Of a stretch of 64,000 bases of DNA, positions 47,095-55,561 are shown piece by piece (the stretch's first letter is position 1; every line of letters starts with the position of its first letter). The stretch spans positions 61,142-125,141 of the forward strand of contig DIAJ01000032.1 in the NCBI GenBank assembly GCA_002415785.1. Reading direction: 5' to 3'. Under the pieces are notes generated by a model, which saw only the letters and a program-made list of their open reading frames with translations, did not search any database and was not told the DNA's origin. This DNA is from Flavobacteriales bacterium UBA5081 (GTDB lineage Bacteria > Bacteroidota > Bacteroidia > Flavobacteriales_E > Vicingaceae). A program made the translations under genes and the position numbers.

Positions 47095-48512
47095 TAACTT
47101 TATTTAGAAATAGTATCTTTTTTGGTGTGCTATTTTTTGTATTGGGTTTTAAACTCAATGCTCAAATGGAAGTACAAATTAGCTTTGAGAACTACATTCA
47201 GAGGGTAAAAAAACACCATCCTTTAGCTCGCCAAGCTAATTTACAAACAGAATTAGGAGAAGCAAAAGTACGTTCTTCTCGAGGCGCTTTTGACCCCAAG
47301 ATTAAAGGGGATTTAAGTCAAAAGTACTTTGATGAAAAGAAGTATTACAGTTTATTAGACGGAGGCTTAGTAGTTCCTACTTGGTTTGGAGTAGAATTAA
47401 AAGCAGGGCATGAAAGAAATGAAGGAGTTTACTTAAATCCAGAGAATAACAATCCGGAAGATGGGCTTTATTATGCAGGAGTTTCTATTCCACTTGGTCG
47501 CGGGCTTTTTATGGATGATCGAAGAGCCGCATTAAGGCAAGCACAGCTTTATGCAGAGGCAACTCAAGCCAAAAGAACTTACTTGTATAACCAATTGCTA
47601 TTGGATGCTGCAAGTGCCTACTGGAATTGGTTTTTGGCATATTATAATTTGAATGTATATCAAGAAGCTTATAGATTAGCTGAAGTACGATACAATGCCG
47701 TTAAAAAGGAAGCTTTAAGCGGAAATATTCCAAGCATAGATACGGTTGAGGCAGGAATTCAATTTCAGAATAGAGCACTTTTATTAGAAGAAGGAACATT
47801 GGCTTATGAAAATGCAAAAGCAGAACTCTCAGTTTATTTGTGGGATGAAGGATTTGTTCCGCTTGAACTCTCTGAAGGCAGTATTCCTCAATCTAAAGAG
47901 CAAAGTGAATTTAGCTTTGCCGATCCTCAATGGAGAATAAATTTAGACAGTTTGATTGCTCAACATCCTGAGCTAAAAATGGATCGTTTGGAGTGGGAGC
48001 AGCTAGACATTGACAGACGACTGAGCATTGAACAACTTAAGCCGCAAATCAATTTAAATTACAATCCCTTGACAGAAGCAGTTGGCACTGATGCTTTTGA
48101 AAATTACAGCGAAAATAACTACAAATGGGGTGTGACAGTTAGTATGCCGCTATTTTTAAGAAAAGGTAGAGGCGAATTTGCAGGCGCTAAGCTAAGGCAA
48201 GAAGAGTTGACACAGGGTATCAATAATAAAAGAGAACAGTTGCGCTTTCAGGCAAAAGCTTATTTAAATCAGTGGACAACCACTTTTAATCAAATTGAAA
48301 TTTACCGAAGAACTACTGCTGATTACGAAAGACTCCTTGAAGGTGAGCGTAGATTGTTTGAAAACGGAGAAAGCTCTTTGTTTATGGTAAACTCAAGAGA
48401 AACTTCTTTTATAAATGCAGAGCTAAAACTCAACGAACTCATGCAAAAAAACCGACTAAGTGAGTGGGCAGCTTACTATTATTTGGGTGTTTTGTTGGAG
48501 GTGGTAGAGTAG
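47091..48512 (+). CDS. TolC-family outer membrane efflux protein
   Basis: It has a signal peptide and two tandem OEP-like repeats. It overlaps the HlyD stop by 4 nt. Confidence 0.85.
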   Translation: MITLFRNSIFFGVLFFVLGFKLNAQMEVQISFENYIQRVKKHHPLARQANLQTELGEAKVRSSRGAFDPKIKGDLSQKYFDEKKYYSLLDGGLVVPTWFGVELKAGHERNEGVYLNPENNNPEDGLYYAGVSIPLGRGLFMDDRRAALRQAQLYAEATQAKRTYLYNQLLLDAASAYWNWFLAYYNLNVYQEAYRLAEVRYNAVKKEALSGNIPSIDTVEAGIQFQNRALLLEEGTLAYENAKAELSVYLWDEGFVPLELSEGSIPQSKEQSEFSFADPQWRINLDSLIAQHPELKMDRLEWEQLDIDRRLSIEQLKPQINLNYNPLTEAVGTDAFENYSENNYKWGVTVSMPLFLRKGRGEFAGAKLRQEELTQGINNKREQLRFQAKAYLNQWTTTFNQIEIYRRTTADYERLLEGERRLFENGESSLFMVNSRETSFINAELKLNELMQKNRLSEWAAYYYLGVLLEVVE

Positions 48513-48520
48513 CACTTAAA

Positions 48521-48991
48521 TCACATCATCTTTAAAACCATTTTGTTCTTTTGGTTTTCAAATCCATTTGCTGCAAAAAATGCATAAGCACTCCTATTTT
48601 TCTCCCAATAATCGATTTCAATTTCCTTAATATCATTCTCCTGAGCGAGTTCAACGGAACGCTTTAACAACTCCTTTGCTATTCCCTTTCTTCGATATTT
48701 TTCAAGCACACAAACTTGATCAATGAGTAGTACCGACTGACGATATTGAAATTCAGTTTCTTTTCGTTCTAATACAATACATAGCAAATAAGCTGCTACT
48801 TCCCCCTCATACTTTGCCAAATATGCATAAACATTTTCACTTGACAAAAGTTGAATAAAAGCCTTTTGAATCTCAAATAAATTAAAAGGTTTGAACTTTT
48901 CAGGATAAAGCTCATGGTGTATGTTCTGAACACTTTCATTGAGCTTAGCTAATTCCAAAGCATCTGTTGTTTTCTCAATGGTTATCTTCAT
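48521..48991 (-). CDS. GNAT-family N-acetyltransferase
   Basis: VLEKYRRKGIAKELLKRSVELA is a Q/RxxGxG/A-type acetyl-CoA binding motif. The protein is 156 aa. Confidence 0.85.
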   Translation of the reverse strand: MKITIEKTTDALELAKLNESVQNIHHELYPEKFKPFNLFEIQKAFIQLLSSENVYAYLAKYEGEVAAYLLCIVLERKETEFQYRQSVLLIDQVCVLEKYRRKGIAKELLKRSVELAQENDIKEIEIDYWEKNRSAYAFFAANGFENQKNKMVLKMM

Positions 48992-49058
48992 AAATATGAC
49001 TTAACAGTTAAGTATTCAGAAAAACATTTAGTTTTTCTTAGGCTGAGCAATTGAATGC

Positions 49059-49637
49059 CTAATTTCTGACCTTTAGCTCGCTTTCATAAAGTTTCAAGGC
49101 AGCGATGATGTTTTCATCACTCATTTTGTTCTCTTTTACAAAAGAGAATGTCTTTTCTTTTCCTTTTGAAAATTTCTTGAGTTTTCCTTTTTTACTATTA
49201 AAAATCCCGATGCTGTACTTCTCATTTTTTTCATTGAATAACTCGAGAGAAACATCCTGAGTAGCATTCCCTGAGTTCCAATAATAATTCTTGTAAAAAC
49301 CCACTAAATTAGCATACATCAATTCTAAAAGTCGCGGATAACCTTCTTTCTGAACGAAAACTCTCCTATTGCCTTTAAGATCTACTAATTCAAGCGATTG
49401 AATTTGAATGTATTTGTACTTAGTAACTGATCCGTCTTGAGACCGAAATAGAACCTTTGCGTTAAAACTCGACTCAATAATCATATCGGGAACTACATAA
49501 TTTACTTCACTAATAATTTCACCTTGAATCGTGTCGTTTGAATTCAATACAATTATTGCATCAAGCAAAGCCGTCTTTGCCTGAATACTCATGGCTAATC
49601 CTAGGAAAAGACAAAAGAATGTCGACTTGTAAATCAT
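49059..49637 (-). CDS. Exported hypothetical protein (192 aa)
   Basis: Signal peptide is FFCLFLGLAMSIQAKT. No recognisable motif. Confidence 0.55.
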   Translation of the reverse strand: MIYKSTFFCLFLGLAMSIQAKTALLDAIIVLNSNDTIQGEIISEVNYVVPDMIIESSFNAKVLFRSQDGSVTKYKYIQIQSLELVDLKGNRRVFVQKEGYPRLLELMYANLVGFYKNYYWNSGNATQDVSLELFNEKNEKYSIGIFNSKKGKLKKFSKGKEKTFSFVKENKMSDENIIAALKLYESELKVRN

Positions 49638-50056
49638 TTATTTTTCTTTAATAGTTATAAGTGTAAAGATTCATAGCTCCGTTCTTGTCTGTCAGCTACG
49701 TAGTTTATTTCTTGCAATATTATAGAATTTTGACACTTACTCGCATTGGTTTTGTTGAGCTTTCGTTTTATTTATTATGAAAATGGACTACTTTTCATGA
49801 ATTATGGTTATTAATTAATTACTATCGTGAATTTCAATTACAACTATATAAGTAAAACATGAATGAAGCACAACGTTTACTGATCGACTAGACAAAGGGG
49901 GCTTCACCCCAACTGTAGATTAATCTTTTCCAAAGTTTTATAGAGCAAAAAATAAAGTGCTACCAATAATAGCTAAACTTACTCACTAATTGACCACTAC
50001 TTTCAACTTTGGAAAAGTTGCGTCAAGCTTAAATAGTCTTTTCTAAAGTTAAATAA

Positions 50057-50187
50057 AAATCATCGAAAAACCCATCGTGAAATTCTGAACCATCCTCCGA
50101 TTGTGAATGAAGCTATAGTCAACAGCGCATTCATCTTGGGTTGCCGATTTTTATCGGAACCGACCACAGGAATGCTTAGTTATTGGC
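50057..50187 (-). repeat. Copy 1 of a ~130-bp gene-3'-adjacent repeat (family also at 52545..52673, degenerate trace at about 51790..51845)
   Basis: By eye it is about 75 percent identical to 52545..52673. Shared blocks are aaatcatc.a.aaaccca, cctccgat, gaagctatagtcaaca.cgcat, ttatcggaaccgaccaca.gaatg.ttagttatt. It abuts the kinase stop codon (50193). Confidence 0.7.
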
Positions 50188-50192
50188 ATTAG

Positions 50193-51230
50193 TTATTTTC
50201 TTTTTCCGATTACATAATCTTGAAGAATCCTTTTTGATTTCTTATCAGCTTCTGACTTTGATATTTTCTTTTCGCAGTCAACGGTAATTCTTCTAAGGCT
50301 TGATTTATCTTTTCCCTGAGATAGTTCAATGTCCCAAGACCCATCATCTCTTTCGGTTTTCAGTAGTTGAATTAATTTTCCCCCTTGAGACGACCGCCAC
50401 CTGAAACCATTTGGTTGTCTGTTCTCCACCCAATTATGATTTAACTCTACCTTCTCCAATGCGTGTCTCATTTCTTCTGCGGAATCAAATCTTTCTGTCG
50501 GTTCTACGTTTAGAGCCTTATTAATTATTTTCTTCAATGAAACTGGTATAAAGTCTCTGTAGGACTTTCTATCAGGAAACTTAGCTTCCAACGCTTTGCT
50601 CCGCATTTCGGAAATTGTAAGTGCAAGCAAAAAACTATCTCCGTTAACGAGTCGATATAAGGTCATGCCACAGGAATAAATGTCTGAGAGATAATCATAG
50701 TCAGACAGTGTTGTGACTTCGGGTGCTAAATGCATCCAATATTGATACTTCTTTAAAACCGATACATCTACCTTTTTTATGTCTGGCAGTGCCAAGCCAA
50801 AATCTGATAATTTACCTTCACCTGAATTCCCAATCATAATATTCGCTGGCTTTATATCTCTGTGAAGTATTTTTTTTGAATGAGCGTGTTCAAGTCCCCT
50901 TAGTAGGTCTATCATTAGCTTCTTAGCTCTTGTCAGAGGAATATATGCTCCGCTTGCTTCATCTTCTAAGCTGCCATTTGAGAGAAATTCCATTTTCACA
51001 TAAATTCTACCATCGTCCATTTCTCCCGTTTCGTATACTTCGACAATGTTATCGTGCTCCGCTGCTTTTAAGGTTTGAGCTTCTTGATAAAAATTGTTTG
51101 GGTTGATTACTTTTTCTGGTGGAATCAGTTTGAGGGCAAAGGTTGAGTTCAAACCTGTATCCTTCACTTTCCATACTTCACCAAAGTAACCGGAACCTAG
51201 TCTTTTTATGAATTCAAATGTTGCTGCCAT
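50193..51230 (-). CDS. Hanks-type Ser/Thr protein kinase with a ~80-aa C-terminal extension
   Basis: The motifs are GSGYFGEVWKV (G-loop), ALKLI (VAIK Lys), HRDIKPANIM (catalytic loop), SDFGLA (DFG) and LAPE (APE). Confidence 0.9.
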   Translation of the reverse strand: MAATFEFIKRLGSGYFGEVWKVKDTGLNSTFALKLIPPEKVINPNNFYQEAQTLKAAEHDNIVEVYETGEMDDGRIYVKMEFLSNGSLEDEASGAYIPLTRAKKLMIDLLRGLEHAHSKKILHRDIKPANIMIGNSGEGKLSDFGLALPDIKKVDVSVLKKYQYWMHLAPEVTTLSDYDYLSDIYSCGMTLYRLVNGDSFLLALTISEMRSKALEAKFPDRKSYRDFIPVSLKKIINKALNVEPTERFDSAEEMRHALEKVELNHNWVENRQPNGFRWRSSQGGKLIQLLKTERDDGSWDIELSQGKDKSSLRRITVDCEKKISKSEADKKSKRILQDYVIGKRK

Positions 51231-51231
51231 A

Positions 51232-51693
51232 TTAATTCAACATACTTACTGCAGCTTGAATAGATTCTTGAGTATTCTTGTTTGCTGAGTCATATCCTGA
51301 AATTCCTGAAAAGTCAGCTTTGGTTTCAAGATATTTACCTTTCCCTTTCATGCCAAGGTCTTTTGCAATTGTACTTTTCACCTTTCTTTTTACGTATTTA
51401 ATACCGCAAAGAGAAGCTTGCAGGAAAATTATTCCTTCTTTTTCCATTCTAGCTCCGTAGCTTTTTCCTTTCATTCCCATAGGCTCTACGCCCTTTATTC
51501 CTATTCCATGAACCTGGTGTTTTTTAATGATTCCTTCAATCTCTTGGGATAACCATTTCAGAGTGTCAGATTCAGAATAGCCTTTAGGAAAAGTAATTGT
51601 ACCTGAGTCTACCAAGGTGACAGAATCTTGTTTTCCCTTTACAACGGAAAAGGAAAAATCCTTTGAACTGCATCTTATTCCTAATATGCTCAT
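51232..51693 (-). CDS. Small protein (153 aa) with a possible RNase H-like/RuvC-like fold lacking the first catalytic Asp; operon partner of the kinase
   Basis: The N-terminus MSILGIRCSSKDFSFSVV resembles the RuvC-type beta-strand (ILGIDPG) but has R in place of D. The overall pattern reminds me of DUF3010-type proteins, which is a weak, memory-based link. Its stop is 1 nt from the kinase start. Confidence 0.4.
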   Translation of the reverse strand: MSILGIRCSSKDFSFSVVKGKQDSVTLVDSGTITFPKGYSESDTLKWLSQEIEGIIKKHQVHGIGIKGVEPMGMKGKSYGARMEKEGIIFLQASLCGIKYVKRKVKSTIAKDLGMKGKGKYLETKADFSGISGYDSANKNTQESIQAAVSMLN

Positions 51694-51845
51694 GTGTTCG
51701 CCTTTTTAATTAATGCCAACGGTTTGAATAAAGCTAGTGCGGCTTTCCGAAATTTTGAAAGTACCGAAAATTTCTTTTTTCAGACGACATGTTCGACCGA
51801 AGACGTAATGGCCGCATTAGCTTTATTTTTTGTTGGCCACAGTTT

Positions 51846-52334
51846 TTATTTTTCAATTTTATGTTTCTTTCTAATTGTCACGAGTTCGAAGTCATTAATC
51901 AACGGTTTCCATTTTTGAATTAATACGCTGTCCCTGTAAAGGTATGTTGAGTCCTTTTGTCCGTCAAAAATGAAGTAGTCGTTGGGTCGAATAAGGTTCT
52001 CACTCTCAGTTGTTCCGTCATGCTCGTAAATAACATGTTCAATTACTTCTGCTCGGTCGTCTTTTATAACTACATAGTAATCATCAGTTCCTTCTCTTAT
52101 GTCATATTGCTCTGTGGTCGAATTAGTCAGGTCAATATATAGCATACAAGTATGAACTTCATATTCATTTACAACATTTGTTATCCGTCCTTCGAACGAC
52201 TCATTAAACGTCCCAAAATAGTCTTGATTCAATGTCTCAAGTTTTTTTTGGTCATATATTGAATAACCAATAGCTAGAGTCATGAAAACCACTCCGCTAA
52301 CTACTGCAAATCCTATTTTTCGTTTTGAGTCCAA
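51846..52334 (-). CDS. Membrane-anchored hypothetical protein (162 aa)
   Basis: It has an N-terminal TM (IGFAVVSGVVFMTLAIGYSIY) followed by a soluble domain. No recognisable motif. Confidence 0.55.
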   Translation of the reverse strand: MDSKRKIGFAVVSGVVFMTLAIGYSIYDQKKLETLNQDYFGTFNESFEGRITNVVNEYEVHTCMLYIDLTNSTTEQYDIREGTDDYYVVIKDDRAEVIEHVIYEHDGTTESENLIRPNDYFIFDGQKDSTYLYRDSVLIQKWKPLINDFELVTIRKKHKIEK

Positions 52335-52544
52335 TCGTTTTTTGAAATTGTGGCCAACAATTGGCTAAAACACACTCTTGTGCTTTATTCACCTTCTGTC
52401 TGTTTAAAATTAATTCTTTATTACGCTGAAATTCAGCAGATAATTTTCAAATTCAAACATACCAAAAATTTAAACAGCATCAACGAAAACTATAAAATTA
52501 AATGGTTACAAGCATTTATTAATTACTTACAAACGAAAATTTTA

Positions 52545-52673
52545 AATCATCAACAAACCCATACAGCTCTTCTGAATCTTCCTCCGATGGTTATCGAAGC
52601 TATAGTCAACATCGCATACATATTGATTATTAAATCCTTATCGGAACCGACCACACGAATGATTAGTTATTAG
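52545..52673 (-). repeat. Copy 2 of the ~130-bp gene-3'-adjacent repeat
   Basis: See 50057..50187. Here the repeat end (ttagttatt) supplies the stop codon and the last two Asn codons of the L,D-transpeptidase gene. Confidence 0.7.
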
Positions 52674-53379
52674 GTAGCGTTTTTAATTCGTCTTCTATTT
52701 TGTTGTATAGTTCATTTTCCCAATTTATTTCGTCAATTTCTGGATAACTTGGATTTGTCCTAAAATCTCTTGGACTTATTATTACTTTAATATTGTTAGT
52801 AATTGCCTTTTGTGTTAGCACAAAAACTTCTTCGATTGCTTCGTCACCTATTGGGATACACCCAATTGTTACCGCTTTTCCGTGTATAAAAATATCACCG
52901 CCTAATTCTGTTATATTTGTCAATTCAGTTTTTGATTTGTCAAAATCATTTGGATAGCTTACTTTTATTGATAAATAATAAGAACTATTTGGATTCAAAT
53001 ATTCAACGTTATAAATGCCTTCAGGTATTTGTCTATCGCCTTCTTTTAATTTAGGTCCTAATTTACCGCTATATGCAGTAAATGGATATTCTTTTATTAT
53101 TCTAATTCCGTTGTAGTCTTTCGCATAAACTTGAAGTATTTGCTCCTCTTTAAATGCCACAAGAATTATTTCTTTCGGATAATCCATTTTGTAACCTGCC
53201 AAACTCAAGTTGTTTTGAAGTCGATTCCAAACCTTTTCTTCAATTTGTTCAATTCTTGTCTCAACAGTTTCTTTTCCTTTAATCTTACTCACAAAAGGCA
53301 TATAAATTGACCTTCCATAGTATAGAAAGACAATTATAATTACAATAATTCCTAATATTAAAATAAGTTTTCTCGTCAT
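52663..53379 (-). CDS. L,D-transpeptidase (YkuD) family protein, membrane-anchored
   Basis: It has an N-terminal TM and the motif DIFIHGKAVTIGCIPIGDEAIEE, which matches the YkuD H-G....(S/T).GC catalytic signature. Confidence 0.8.
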   Translation of the reverse strand: MTRKLILILGIIVIIIVFLYYGRSIYMPFVSKIKGKETVETRIEQIEEKVWNRLQNNLSLAGYKMDYPKEIILVAFKEEQILQVYAKDYNGIRIIKEYPFTAYSGKLGPKLKEGDRQIPEGIYNVEYLNPNSSYYLSIKVSYPNDFDKSKTELTNITELGGDIFIHGKAVTIGCIPIGDEAIEEVFVLTQKAITNNIKVIISPRDFRTNPSYPEIDEINWENELYNKIEDELKTLPNN

Positions 53380-53410
53380 CTTTTTTTCAAATGCTACCTA
53401 ACGTTTTGCA

Positions 53411-54180
53411 ATCGAGTAGGCAAGGGGAATTTCACCCCAAGCCTCTCACAGAACCGTACGTGACAGTCTCCCGTCATACGGCTCTTCTAGTTTTCACTTA
53501 CAAATATAGCTCATCCTCTTTAGAGTTGGCTAATGTATTTAAAAACTAGCTATTCCCTTCGCTCCACTTCCATTACAGAAGTTTCATCACTACTACGAAA
53601 TAGTCTGCCTCCTGCATCTCCCTTTGGTATTCTGCCTCTAAGTTGTGCTTATTGTACATTTCCCTTAACATGGTGATACAGGTTTCCCAAGTTCCGTAAA
53701 TAAGCCCGAATAAAGTTCTTGCCATCTGAATGACGCCAGCCCTACAGCAAGTAAATAGGTCTCCGCTGTAATTAAAGTTATTACTAACTCTACTTTTTCA
53801 CTCCGTGTCATACTTCGTAGCTTTTGACTGGGGGTTCGCACTTCTCGACACCTCATCAATGGTTCACTCTCGTTCAACTCCTTTATTCATACCAGCTAAC
53901 CTCATGGGTTAGATTCTCCTAAACGCTCAGTACCGCAACGTTGCCCTCACAGCACCTTTAGGTGGTTTAGAGCCCTTGCCTATACAACGACTCTGATGGA
54001 CCTACCATCATCTTATTTACAGCATGCAGCCATTTTATTGCCGTGGCTGCTTCTTGGCACACTATGGCTTGTGGCGGTTTCGAAGCACGTTCCTGTCCAC
54101 CAAAACCAAAGCTGGCTACGAAGGAAAAACCTTGATGGCAGCCGTTCACCCGCCATAAGCTATATGTGTTGTTGTACACC
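53411..54180 (-). mobile_element. ORF-less group II intron (or intron-derived ribozyme remnant), ~770 nt, inserted in an intergenic position
   Basis: It has a canonical domain V (next feature) followed by a domain VI-like hairpin (ttggggtgaaattcccc). About 690 nt of GC-enriched, hairpin-rich sequence lie upstream. No RT-like ORF is present. The 5' border is uncertain: GTGTAC at 54179-54174 rather than GUGYG, and an internal GTGCG at 53841-53837. Confidence 0.7.
53451..53484 (-). ncRNA. Group II intron domain V (34 nt)
   Basis: The minus strand reads GAGCCGTATGACGGGAGACTGTCACGTACGGTTC. This matches the conserved DV helix arms GAGCCGUAUG....CACGUACGGUUC (AGC triad, 2-nt bulge position, GNRA-like GAGA loop), as in the yeast ai5-gamma DV. 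Confidence 0.85.
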
Positions 54181-54184
54181 GTTT

Positions 54185-54703
54185 TTATTCTTCTTCAAAT
54201 TGCGTTGTTTCTTCAAAAGAAGGGTATTTGTAAAATTCGGGATGTTTAATCTGTCGAATATTGTCACCTTCTTTCCATTGCTTCATAAAGGTAATCTGAA
54301 TCTTGTCGTAGGAGTCCGTGTTCTTGATTTCGTCCATTACGAGCTCGGCAATTTTTCGTCCTTCAATTTCAAGTTTATTCTTATCATAAATGTCAATTGT
54401 CGGACTGTTGTATAAAACAAAGTGAACCCAATAGTCTTCGTTAATTTGTTCCATGGTCTCATTGTCGTATCCGTGAAATGTTGCGATTGAAAACCTGACT
54501 TCTTCTGCTTCGTAAAGTCCCTTAATCTTAAATTCCAATTCGTCTTTCGATGAGTTGAATTCAGGTTCGACTGCGTATGAGTAGTCAGCTTCTGGCATAT
54601 TTTCTAACTGCTTCAAAGCTTTGTAATATGGGTTGCCGCAACTGATCAAGAATATCCCGACAAGTCCGAGTAGTAGTCTTTTTATCTGTCTCACGCAGTT
54701 CAT
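54185..54703 (-). CDS. Lipoprotein of unknown function
   Basis: The lipobox is LLLGLVGIFLISC|G. The ORF is open to 54760, but the MNCVRQIKR start at 54703 gives a proper signal peptide. Confidence 0.6.
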   Translation of the reverse strand: MNCVRQIKRLLLGLVGIFLISCGNPYYKALKQLENMPEADYSYAVEPEFNSSKDELEFKIKGLYEAEEVRFSIATFHGYDNETMEQINEDYWVHFVLYNSPTIDIYDKNKLEIEGRKIAELVMDEIKNTDSYDKIQITFMKQWKEGDNIRQIKHPEFYKYPSFEETTQFEEE

Positions 54704-54805
54704 TTTAATGGTGTACAACTTGTAAATACCCGCATAAACATAGTACTTTTCACTCTGCAATTTCTCAATCTCACAAACATAACCATTTCACAATTAATTA
54801 TTAAA

Positions 54806-55561
54806 CTATCCCCAATCCACTCTTCTTCTATATTCCGCCAAAAAAACCGTTGTTGCCATAGAAACGTTTAAGGATTCCACTGAAGCATCGTGAGGGATGC
54901 GCAATTTTTGGTGCAGTAATTTTTCCACTTTTGGGCTAAGTCCGTTGGCTTCGTTGCCCATCACCAAAATAGCGGGCTGTTGTAAAGTGGTTTTATACAA
55001 ATTCTCGCCCTCTAAATGGGTACCGTAAATGCGCTTACTTTCTTTTTCTTGGCTTAAATAACTTTCCAAATCAGTGTAAACTAAATTTAAATGAAAGAGG
55101 GCTCCCATGCTTGCTTGCACCACTTTAGGGCTGTAACAATCTACCGTATCAGTAGAACACACCACCGTTTTTACACCAAAAGCCACTGCCGAACGCAAAA
55201 TGGTTCCCAAATTCCCCGGATCTTGAATATGCTCTAGGGCTAAAGTCAAGTCGCTTTCAGCCACTTTTTCCTCATGTTTCATAGCAACTAAAGCCAAAAC
55301 TCCGGGCGGCTGACTGAGGTTAGAAACTTTTTTTAAATCAGCTTCCTCTACCTCTCTTACATTTTTAAAATCAATCCCTTCTGTTGCCAACCATTCTGAG
55401 CTAGCAAAAACTTGCACTAGTTCATAAGCCGACTTTTGTACTTCGCTCAACAGCTTTGTCCCCTCCACTATAAAAAGTTGCTCCTTTTTGCGGTATTTCT
55501 TTTGTCGCAAGGAGCGGATCAGCTTCTCTTCTCTTTGGCTTAATTTCATTGATTGATGCAT
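54806..55561 (-). CDS. TrmH/SpoU-family RNA 2'-O-methyltransferase
   Basis: The SpoU motifs are DPGNLGTILRSA, ILVMGNEANGLS and IPHDASVESLNVSMATTVFLAEY. Confidence 0.85.
   Translation of the reverse strand: MHQSMKLSQREEKLIRSLRQKKYRKKEQLFIVEGTKLLSEVQKSAYELVQVFASSEWLATEGIDFKNVREVEEADLKKVSNLSQPPGVLALVAMKHEEKVAESDLTLALEHIQDPGNLGTILRSAVAFGVKTVVCSTDTVDCYSPKVVQASMGALFHLNLVYTDLESYLSQEKESKRIYGTHLEGENLYKTTLQQPAILVMGNEANGLSPKVEKLLHQKLRIPHDASVESLNVSMATTVFLAEYRRRVDWG

Noticed and set aside
50057-50187. Interpreting the ~130-bp repeats as 5' ends of further group II introns (A2 reads GTGTGG... on the gene strand) or as integron attC sites
   Set aside because: There is no domain V or other intron domains downstream. 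Copy 1 has CTGTGG instead of GUGYG. No RYYYAAC/GTTRRRY core pair and no integron integrase could be recognised. I keep it as an unclassified repeat.
52350-52673. Plus-strand ORF of 107 aa
   Set aside because: It covers an AT-rich intergenic region and the repeat copy. Its composition is not protein-like (N/I/K/L/Y-rich) and it is antisense to all neighbouring genes.
53665-54415. ORFs 53665..53877, 53967..54179 (minus) and 53996..54415 (plus) as genes, including a possible intron-encoded protein
   Set aside because: They show no reverse-transcriptase, maturase or endonuclease motifs. They fall within the ribozyme-like sequence, and the plus-strand one runs antisense into the lipoprotein gene.
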